Assembly: GCA_043750125.1 (NCBI GenBank)
Contig: JAYVCD010000081.1
Span: 1-10,606 of the forward strand
Origin: Archangiaceae bacterium
GTDB lineage: Bacteria; Myxococcota; Myxococcia; Myxococcales; Myxococcaceae
DNA length: 10,606 nucleotides
Direction: 5' to 3'
The notes beneath the pieces were generated by a model. That model worked only from the letters and a program-made list of their open reading frames with translations. It was not told the DNA's origin and made no database searches. The translations under genes were made by a program, and so were the position numbers. Position 1 is the stretch's first letter, and each line of letters opens with the position of its first letter. This document shows, piece by piece, positions 1 to 6,362 of the stretch.

Positions 1-699
1 GGCGGCGGCACCGGCGGAGCTGGAGGCGGCGCGGCAGTGACCTGCGCGCTCAACATGCCGGCTCAGTGCACGGCTCCGACGTTCTGTTACATGACTTCGG
101 GGGCCATGACTGGAAGCTGCCTTGGCGGCTGCGACATCGTCAGCCAGAACTGCCCGACGGCCACCGATCAGTGCAACTACCAGGCGGACGGCGGCCGTGG
201 CTGCTTCCCGGAAGGAACTGTGACGGAAGGCAAGGACTGCAGCGCGGCGCTCTGCGTGAAGGGAACCATCTGCATGTCCGGACAAACGATTGAAGATGGC
301 GGCATGGGTTCGGCGTGCGCGAAGTTCTGCCGGACGACGACCGACTGCGTCTCGCCGCGAATCTGCAACATCTCGCTCGCGATTCCGGGCACCAACGAGC
401 GCCCGATGGCCTGCCAGCCCCCGCCTCCGTCGTGCGATCCTCTCACCCAGAATTGCGCGTCGACCACGGCCGGCTGCTACCCGACCCAGATGGGTCCGGT
501 GTGCTACCCGTCGCTGAACGTCGCCAACGGTCAGCCCTGCATGTACGCCAACTCGTGCGTCAAGGGCAGCCTCTGCGTCGGCGCTGCCGGCACCGCCGCG
601 TGCAAGCAGATCTGCAACACCGACGGCGGCACGCCTCCCTGCACGACGGGCGCCTGCGGTGGGCTCAACGGCCTGACGGGCGTCGGAGCCTGCAACTAA
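1..699 (+). CDS. Cys-rich repeat protein, probably exported (5'-truncated): Gly-rich linker followed by two ~100-aa Cys-rich repeats
   Basis: Frame 1 is open from base 1 (GGGTGGAGGGAAVTC...) to TAA at 697-699, with strongly GC-biased third positions. Repeats start CDIVSQNC and CDPLTQNC and both contain CVKGxxC. The true start and any signal peptide lie upstream of the window. Confidence 0.85.
   Translation, partial: GGGTGGAGGGAAVTCALNMPAQCTAPTFCYMTSGAMTGSCLGGCDIVSQNCPTATDQCNYQADGGRGCFPEGTVTEGKDCSAALCVKGTICMSGQTIEDGGMGSACAKFCRTTTDCVSPRICNISLAIPGTNERPMACQPPPPSCDPLTQNCASTTAGCYPTQMGPVCYPSLNVANGQPCMYANSCVKGSLCVGAAGTAACKQICNTDGGTPPCTTGACGGLNGLTGVGACN
130..696 (+). repeat. Two protein-level tandem Cys-rich repeats (period 303 nt / 101 aa)
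   Basis: Unit 1 at 130: CDIVSQNC..C..C..G..C..CVKGTIC..CAKFC. Unit 2 at 433: CDPLTQNC..C..C..G..C..CVKGSLC..CKQIC. Confidence 0.8.
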
Positions 700-714
700 C
701 CAACGAGGTGCTTC

Positions 715-1224
715 TTGGAGCTCGAGCTTTCGGGTTTTGGTGAGTTTGAAGGGGTGGAGCTGCTGCAGAAGCTCCATCTTTTTCAGAAGCTCAGCTTCGA
801 AGAGACCACCCGGTTGGGAGGCATCATCCAGTACCTCGACCTGCCACCGGAAACGGTGGTGATCGAGGAGAACGCTCTGGGTGATGCGCTGTACGTGATT
901 CAAAAAGGCGAAGTTCGCGTCACGCGTGACGCGAACTTTGACGGGAAGCATGAGGGCAGTGAAGAGATCGGGCGGCTGAAAGACGGAGATCTGTTCGGTG
1001 AGATGTCGCTCATCGACGATCTGCTCACCAGCGCTCGGGTCACCACCGTCAGCGAGTGCCGACTGCTGAAGATGCCGCGCGATCGTTTCGAGGCGCTGCT
1101 GAAGAGCGATGAGAAGCTGGGCGTGAAGGTCTTCAAGAGCTTTTGTCGAACGCTGTCGGATCGGTTGCGAAAGACGACCTCGATGCTCGCCAGGACGCAG
1201 GCGCTGTCGGTCACGGTTCGCTAG
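715..1224 (+). CDS. Stand-alone cyclic-nucleotide-binding (cNMP/CAP-ED) domain protein without HTH
   Basis: TTG start with GAGGTG at 705-710. Motifs LF..LS, GDALYVIQKGEVRV, GDLFGEMSLI, SARV, and a C-helix ending LSDRLR. At 169 aa there is no room for a Crp HTH. Confidence 0.9.
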   Translation: MELELSGFGEFEGVELLQKLHLFQKLSFEETTRLGGIIQYLDLPPETVVIEENALGDALYVIQKGEVRVTRDANFDGKHEGSEEIGRLKDGDLFGEMSLIDDLLTSARVTTVSECRLLKMPRDRFEALLKSDEKLGVKVFKSFCRTLSDRLRKTTSMLARTQALSVTVR

Positions 1225-1242
1225 CTTCCCGAGGAAAAGAAC

Positions 1243-2319
1243 ATGGAACTTGCGACGTTCAATCAGTTCCTCGGCGCGGCGGTGAAGAACGGCGCGTCCG
1301 ATGTGCACTTCAAAGTGGGCTCGTCGCCCGCGCTTCGGATCAACGGGCAGCTGCTGCCGGTGAAGGTGCCGGCGCTGCAACCCGAAGACACCCAACGCAT
1401 CGCGGGCCACATTCTGTCGGCCAGTCACTACGCAGGAAAGCTCGACGAGCTGCGCGATCACGACACCAGCTACGCCCTGGACGGGGTCGGCCGCTTCCGC
1501 GCGAACGTGCACCGCACCAAGGGAACTCTGGGCGCGATCATGCGGGCGATTCCGTTCACGGTCCCCGACTTCGCGAAGCTCGGGTTGCCGAAAGTGCTCG
1601 AGAAGATCAGCCAGGAAGAGCGGGGCTTGATTCTCGTCACCGGCGTCACCGGGTCAGGCAAGAGCTCGACCCTCGCGGCGATCGTCGGCTACATCAACCA
1701 GCACTACCGCAAGCACATTCTCACCATCGAAGATCCGATCGAGTTCCTTCACGAAGACCGGTTCTCGCGGGTGACCCAGCGGGAAATCGGGCCGGACACC
1801 CTGAATTTCGCCAACGCCCTGCGCGGCGCGCTTCGGCAGGATCCCGACGTGATTCTGGTCGGAGAAATGCGGGACGCCGAAACGATCGAGATCGCGCTGA
1901 AGGCGGCCGAGACTGGCCACCTGGTGCTGTCGACCGTTCACACCACCGACTGCTACCGCACCATCAGTCGGATCATCTCGGTCTTTCCTCCCGAAGGTCA
2001 GACCGGAGTGCGCAACCGCTTGTCCGAGAACCTGCGGTCGAGCATCAGTCAGCGGCTGTTGCCGCACGCCTCAGGCAAGGGTCGCGTCGTGGCGGCAGAG
2101 ATCATGGTCTCGACGCTCTCGGTGGTGGAGTTCATCAAGGACTCCAAGCGCACCCACGAGATCAAGGACTACCTCGAGAAGAATCACGACATCCTCGGGA
2201 CCCAGAGCTTCGACATGCATCTGGCCACGCTGCTGCGCCAGAAGCAGATCACGCTCGAGGTGGCCCGCGAGGCCGCATCGAACCCCGCCGACTTCGAACG
2301 CGCCCTGGCGTTCGAATAA
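1243..2319 (+). CDS. pilT: PilT/PilU-family type IV pilus retraction ATPase (paralog)
   Basis: ASDVH, GRFRAN, Walker A GVTGSGKS (1642-1665), TIEDPIE Asp box, Walker B LRQDPDVILVGEMRD, His box TGHLVLSTVHT, SQRL and GTQSFD. GAGG RBS upstream. The symbol denotes the family; this is probably not the main pilT. Confidence 0.93.
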   Translation: MELATFNQFLGAAVKNGASDVHFKVGSSPALRINGQLLPVKVPALQPEDTQRIAGHILSASHYAGKLDELRDHDTSYALDGVGRFRANVHRTKGTLGAIMRAIPFTVPDFAKLGLPKVLEKISQEERGLILVTGVTGSGKSSTLAAIVGYINQHYRKHILTIEDPIEFLHEDRFSRVTQREIGPDTLNFANALRGALRQDPDVILVGEMRDAETIEIALKAAETGHLVLSTVHTTDCYRTISRIISVFPPEGQTGVRNRLSENLRSSISQRLLPHASGKGRVVAAEIMVSTLSVVEFIKDSKRTHEIKDYLEKNHDILGTQSFDMHLATLLRQKQITLEVAREAASNPADFERALAFE

Positions 2320-2379
2320 TTCGGGCCGATTGTCATGCGCCCTGACAGGCGACCCTGAGGTTGGCTCAGGACCCGGGGC

Positions 2380-2391
2380 GATAATCAAAAG
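2380..2391 (+). promoter_or_regulatory. Putative -10 element (GATAAT) 6 nt before ATG 2392, suggesting a leaderless transcript
   Basis: GATAAT at 2380-2385, then CAAAAG, then ATG. There is no Shine-Dalgarno and no clear -35. Confidence 0.45.
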
Positions 2392-3513
2392 ATGCGAATC
2401 CTGTGCACCGTCCTCCTCGGGCTTTCGCTTGGCTGTGTCGCGCCGGTGCCAGGCGAGCCTCATCGCCGCGTGCCGGGACTCGAGACTCCCCTGCCCGACT
2501 CAGGTTTGCCGCACACCGACAGTGGCACGGACCTTGATGGGTCGACTCCGATCGACGTGCCCGATGCGGGAAGGCCGCCCCAGGACGCCGGCCCCCTGCC
2601 CAGCTGTGGCGACGGGGTTTGCTCGGGTGGGGAAACCTGCGGGACCTGCCCACGAGATTGCGGATCCTGCTGCCAGGTGAGCGGGACCTTGAGCTGCGGC
2701 AACAACGGAATCATCGGAGATCCCAACACCCTCTACCGCTGCGACGGCACCCGCTACGTGAAGCAAGAGGCCTGCGGCGCGGCCTGTGTCCAGCTTCCTT
2801 CCGGCACCCCCGATCGCTGTCCACTCGCAGCGCCCCCCGCTTCGCTGGTCACCCGCTTGAGCTCCCCGCCCTATGTCGAAGTCGGCTGCGTCAGCGCCAC
2901 TTTTCCCGGCTGGCCCTATGCGGCGAAGCGCTGCACGTATTCGAGCGGAGGCATCACCACCAGCATCACCGTCGCCGACCCCACTGCACAGCAGGTGGCA
3001 AAGTGGGTCGTCGATGCCTCCGCGCTGATCGTGCGGTTGCGCGCGTTGCAGGCAGCCCACGCCACCGAGTGGGAGCAGGGCCTGGGAGCGATCGCCCAAC
3101 ACATGCTGCTTCAGTCCTCGCGCATTTTCGCGCTCGAGGGCGGAATCATCGAGAACATGGGCACCGGCTACGTCAACTACCCCTTTCTCAATGGCGTGAC
3201 CCAGGGGTGCTCTTCGGGCTGCTATTGCCGAATCAATTCGCTGCACCGCACGACTTATTGTGCGTGGCGCGGCGCGAAGACCAACGAGACCGAGGCAGCG
3301 TGCCTTGCCCGGGTCGGGACTTCCGGGCTGACGACCGGCTGGGGAAAACAGTGTCTGCAAAATCACATCGATTCGTGGACCCGCGAATCGAATGAGCACT
3401 TCCGCGCCATGGCTTGGAAGGCCAATGACGCGGTCCTCGCGAGCTGCCCGGCCACCACAAGCTGCACGCCAGCGCAGGTCGTGACCGCCGTGAAGTCTGC
3501 CTACGGGCTGTAG
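2392..3513 (+). CDS. Cys-rich lipoprotein of unknown function
   Basis: Signal peptide with lipobox MRILCTVLLGLSLG|C, a Pro/Asp linker with DSG/DAG, a CGDGVC..ETCGTCPRDC module, a CGNNGIIGDPNTLYRC module, and a ~220-aa C-terminal domain I do not recognise. Ends TAG at 3511-3513. Confidence 0.85.
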   Translation: MRILCTVLLGLSLGCVAPVPGEPHRRVPGLETPLPDSGLPHTDSGTDLDGSTPIDVPDAGRPPQDAGPLPSCGDGVCSGGETCGTCPRDCGSCCQVSGTLSCGNNGIIGDPNTLYRCDGTRYVKQEACGAACVQLPSGTPDRCPLAAPPASLVTRLSSPPYVEVGCVSATFPGWPYAAKRCTYSSGGITTSITVADPTAQQVAKWVVDASALIVRLRALQAAHATEWEQGLGAIAQHMLLQSSRIFALEGGIIENMGTGYVNYPFLNGVTQGCSSGCYCRINSLHRTTYCAWRGAKTNETEAACLARVGTSGLTTGWGKQCLQNHIDSWTRESNEHFRAMAWKANDAVLASCPATTSCTPAQVVTAVKSAYGL

Positions 3514-3534
3514 CTTCCGGCCCCCTTCTGAGGG

Positions 3535-3630
3535 TTAGAGCGAGCCCCCGCGCCAGGTGCGCTTGCCAGAGAGCGCGAGCAAGGCGATCGCGCCCAGACC
3601 CAACGGACTCGAGTTGCACCCGCAGCCCTT
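3535..3630 (-). other. MYXO-CTERM protein-sorting signal
   Basis: KGCGCNSSPLGLGAIALLALSGKRTWR: GCGC, then a hydrophobic segment, then a basic tail (weaker than the usual poly-Arg). Confidence 0.8.
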
Positions 3631-5118
3631 GGCCGGCTCGCTGCGCCCTCCACCGCCGCCGGCAGCCACGCCCCCGGTGCCTCCCGCGCCGCCACTGCCC
3701 CCGCCGGTCGCGACCCCGCCGCCGGTGCCGGCCCCACCGCCCGTTCCACCTGCGCCTCCGCCGGCCGCGCTCACTGGCACGTTCACCGGAATCGAAGTGG
3801 ACCGCGCTTCATTGCCCGCGATGTCCTTCGCGACTGCTTCGAGCGCCTGGTTTCCCGAAGGCAGGCCGGCCTTGGTGACGTAGGTCGCCTTCCACGGCGG
3901 GCCGGCGGTAACTGTCGCGACCGTGATCGCCCCGACTTCGAAGCGCACTTCGGCGACCCCGGTGTTGTCGAACGCGGTCGCCTCGAGCATCAGTCCGGGC
4001 GCCAGGCTCACCCCGGCCATCGACGGGGTGACCAGGCTGACCGTGGGCGGAATCTTGTCCGCGCCCGCGTTGGTGCCCGGCGCCTTCCCCACTGCAAAGA
4101 GCGCCGACGTGGTGATCGGCGAGGCCTGGGCCGTGACGACGAAGTCACCCCCGATCGAGTTCTGCGCCTTGAGCAGCCCGGTGGCGCTGATGGTGCCTCC
4201 CCCCGCGGGCGCCTGAAAGAGGACCGGGGGCTGAGTGGCGAGCACCGCGTCGAATTGATCGCGCGCCGTGACCTGGTACTGAAGGGTCGCGCCGGGAGCC
4301 ACCTGCGCAGAGACCGGGGTCATGCGCAGCAGCGAGTAGGCGGCTTCCACCTGCAGCGGGAAGGAATCGGTGACCGTTTTAGCGGTGCCGTCGCGAACCG
4401 TGACGGTCAGCGTGTACATCCCTTCTTTGCTGAACGAGGCGGTGCTGGCCTTGGCGGCGTTGTTCCCGTTGGGGCTGAAGGTCACCGGCGCTGCGCCGGT
4501 CGAGCTCCAGGTGTAGGCGAGGTTCGCCTCGGTCCCGTCATCGTTGGCGCCCACCGAGAGCTGCGCGGTGCGCGAGCGAACCGGGTTCATCGCCGAGCCG
4601 GCGTCGGCGGTGATCACCGGTGGGTTCAGCCCGCTTCCGGCGGTCACCGTCACCGCCAGGCTGGTGCTCTTGCTTTGGTCTCCGCCTGTCGACCCGTCGC
4701 CATTGCACGAGTTGCCACTGGCGTAGATCGTCACCGTGCACGGGAAAGGCGGAGCGGTCATCGCGAATTGGAAGCTGCCCGAAGTGGACGCCGCCTTTTG
4801 GTGCAGCTCTCCGAAGGCGACCCCGACGGTCGAAGAAATGGGGTTCAAGGTCGCGGCCGTCGTCACGCTCGAAACGCTCGAGACGTTCATTCCGAAGCGC
4901 GAGCCGGCGCCGCCGCTGACCGTCAAGGTATAGGTGCCGGTGGCTCCCGCTCCGAGGGTGGTCGGGCCGGAAATCACGACCGCCGGAGCCCCACCGCCGG
5001 AATGACAGCCATTGCAGTTGGAGCTGGCCGGAGGCGCCCCCGAGTACCCAATCGCCCCTGATGCGTTGGCGAAGGCCGAGCTGCTCCACACCAGGACCGC
5101 TGCGATGAATGGGCGCAT
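3535..5118 (-). CDS. MYXO-CTERM-anchored surface protein: N-terminal CxxCH/Reeler-like domain (resembles the MXAN_6652 / choice-of-anchor V type), PKD/Ig-like domains, Gly-rich stalk
   Basis: Signal peptide ending AFA|N; CNGCH at 5002-5016; PKD-like LAYTWS...GMYTLTVTVRDG; Big-like DKIPPTVSL...ATAFDNTGVAEVRF...AKDIAGN; Gly linker; C-terminal GCGCNS plus hydrophobic stretch plus KRTWR. Confidence 0.88.
   Translation of the reverse strand: MRPFIAAVLVWSSSAFANASGAIGYSGAPPASSNCNGCHSGGGAPAVVISGPTTLGAGATGTYTLTVSGGAGSRFGMNVSSVSSVTTAATLNPISSTVGVAFGELHQKAASTSGSFQFAMTAPPFPCTVTIYASGNSCNGDGSTGGDQSKSTSLAVTVTAGSGLNPPVITADAGSAMNPVRSRTAQLSVGANDDGTEANLAYTWSSTGAAPVTFSPNGNNAAKASTASFSKEGMYTLTVTVRDGTAKTVTDSFPLQVEAAYSLLRMTPVSAQVAPGATLQYQVTARDQFDAVLATQPPVLFQAPAGGGTISATGLLKAQNSIGGDFVVTAQASPITTSALFAVGKAPGTNAGADKIPPTVSLVTPSMAGVSLAPGLMLEATAFDNTGVAEVRFEVGAITVATVTAGPPWKATYVTKAGLPSGNQALEAVAKDIAGNEARSTSIPVNVPVSAAGGGAGGTGGGAGTGGGVATGGGSGGAGGTGGVAAGGGGGRSEPAKGCGCNSSPLGLGAIALLALSGKRTWRGGSL
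3649..3768 (-). repeat. Low-complexity Gly-rich linker (GGxGG/TGGG units)
   Basis: Encodes AAGGGAGGTGGGAGTGGGVATGGGSGGAGGTGGVAAGGGGG; boundaries approximate. Confidence 0.8.
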
Positions 5119-5137
5119 GGCCCTTCTTACTGCAGGG

Positions 5138-6307
5138 CTACTTCACTTCCGAGACGTCCCACTGCAAAGTCTTCATCAGCCCCTTGCGCTGTTTCTCGAC
5201 TTCCTTGTCGAGAAGTCTGACCGCCTCGTCCATCGAGTCCATCAGCCGAAAGGGTTTTCGTCGCGAGCTCTTGAGCGACAACAGGGCGTGGGTGAGCCAG
5301 GGGAAGACCGCGGTCAAATCGCAGTGAACGTACACGCTGCCGGTCTCGACCGCATCGACGCTGACCTTGCCCCAGGTGTGTCCTTCGCCCGCCGGGCAGC
5401 TCGAGAGCGCGCCGTTGTCGACCGGGTCGACGCAGAACTGGACGTCGATGTCGAAGCCCTGGGTCGGGACGTTGAAGATTTGATCGAGCAGCGGCTCGCC
5501 CTGAAGCGTGTAGTTCTTCGGCACCCCGCCCCCGAGGATCCAGATCGCCATTCGCTTGTTGTGGTGGTGGCGGCAGTAATGCTGAACCGCGGCCATCGCG
5601 TAGACGTCTGCGGCGATGTCGATTTCGAACTTGAACGCCTCGCCCAGCAGCCGCTTGAGCTTCACGACGTTGAGGAAGATCGAGCCGTCCTGAACGGCGC
5701 CAACGAAGATCGGAACCCCGTAGCGGTAGCAGGTCGCCAGCAGCGACGGCTGCTTCACCCCCAGCTCGACCTCGATGTCGTTAATGTGCTTGCCGAGCAG
5801 GTAATGGAACTGCGGGGTGGTCATCTTTCGCTGGAAGTCCGGCCCGCGAATGATCGCCGAGAAGAGCCGGTCGGTGTCGAGCAGCGCCTCTTCCCAGAAG
5901 CCCAGGTCGTAGATTCGAATGACCCGCGCGAGCCGGTACTGCAGGTCTCCGGCGTTGGGGTTGACCTCGCGAATTCCGTGGCCGATGACCCGGTGGGCGT
6001 CGTGGTACAGGTTGGCGCCGGTCGTCGTCAGGCAGGAAATCATTCCCGCTTCGACCATCGGAATCAGGCAGCTCGAGTGCAGGCCGGCGGGGGTCATCGC
6101 GCCCGAGAGCGTCATGAACACCGACGCGTTTTCGTCGAGAGTGCGACGCATCAGCTCGAAAGCAGTGCGTTCCTGGCGGCCGACGTACGCGCCAAAAGCG
6201 GTCTCGAGCAGCTCGACCGGCGTCTCTTTTCCGGTGATTGGCCGGGGGTCGACCTTTCGGGCGCTCGAGTAGCCTTTGCGAAGGTGCGTCTGGGTCTTGG
6301 TAGCCAT
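5138..6307 (-). CDS. Deoxyhypusine synthase-like protein (389 aa; possible homospermidine/polyamine synthase)
   Basis: DHS motifs LSGAMTPAG, TTGANLYHD, DGSI, GGGVPKN, DNGALSSC and EGHTWGK (catalytic Lys equivalent). Start reassigned to ATG 6307 (MATKTQ); the longer ORF would overlap the divergent gene. Confidence 0.9.
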   Translation of the reverse strand: MATKTQTHLRKGYSSARKVDPRPITGKETPVELLETAFGAYVGRQERTAFELMRRTLDENASVFMTLSGAMTPAGLHSSCLIPMVEAGMISCLTTTGANLYHDAHRVIGHGIREVNPNAGDLQYRLARVIRIYDLGFWEEALLDTDRLFSAIIRGPDFQRKMTTPQFHYLLGKHINDIEVELGVKQPSLLATCYRYGVPIFVGAVQDGSIFLNVVKLKRLLGEAFKFEIDIAADVYAMAAVQHYCRHHHNKRMAIWILGGGVPKNYTLQGEPLLDQIFNVPTQGFDIDVQFCVDPVDNGALSSCPAGEGHTWGKVSVDAVETGSVYVHCDLTAVFPWLTHALLSLKSSRRKPFRLMDSMDEAVRLLDKEVEKQRKGLMKTLQWDVSEVK

Positions 6308-6362
6308 GGGGCGCGGGGGTATACAACGCCTCCTTTCTGGCCGCCTTCTGGAGTTTCTACCT

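Noticed and set aside
697..717. The Cys-rich gene and the cNMP gene share a frame across a single TAA (possible readthrough or split gene)
   Set aside because: The second gene has its own RBS, and fusing an extracellular disulfide-rich domain to a cytoplasmic domain without a membrane segment is implausible.
1143..2345. 400-aa alternative-frame ORF over pilT (and similar ORFs at 7581-8747, 2500-3399, 9529-10344, 4255-5061)
   Set aside because: Off-frame or antisense translations, mostly Arg/Gly/Ala-rich and without motifs, overlapping well-supported genes.
3514..3534. Possible terminators at the convergent junctions (3514-3534, 9055-9059, 10408-10420)
   Set aside because: Only very short stems (e.g. 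CCCT-TCTG-AGGG, AAAGCTTT) with no convincing U-tracts.
3649..3768. GC-rich repetitive DNA as a CRISPR, VNTR or mobile-element signal
   Set aside because: Fully explained by a Gly-rich protein linker; there is no repeat-spacer structure, transposase or terminal repeat in the window.
5781..6336. Strong AAAGGAGG on the minus strand before the TTG of a 181-aa out-of-frame ORF inside dhs
   Set aside because: Only 2 nt separate it from the TTG, it is too far from the dhs ATG, and the product looks like off-frame junk.
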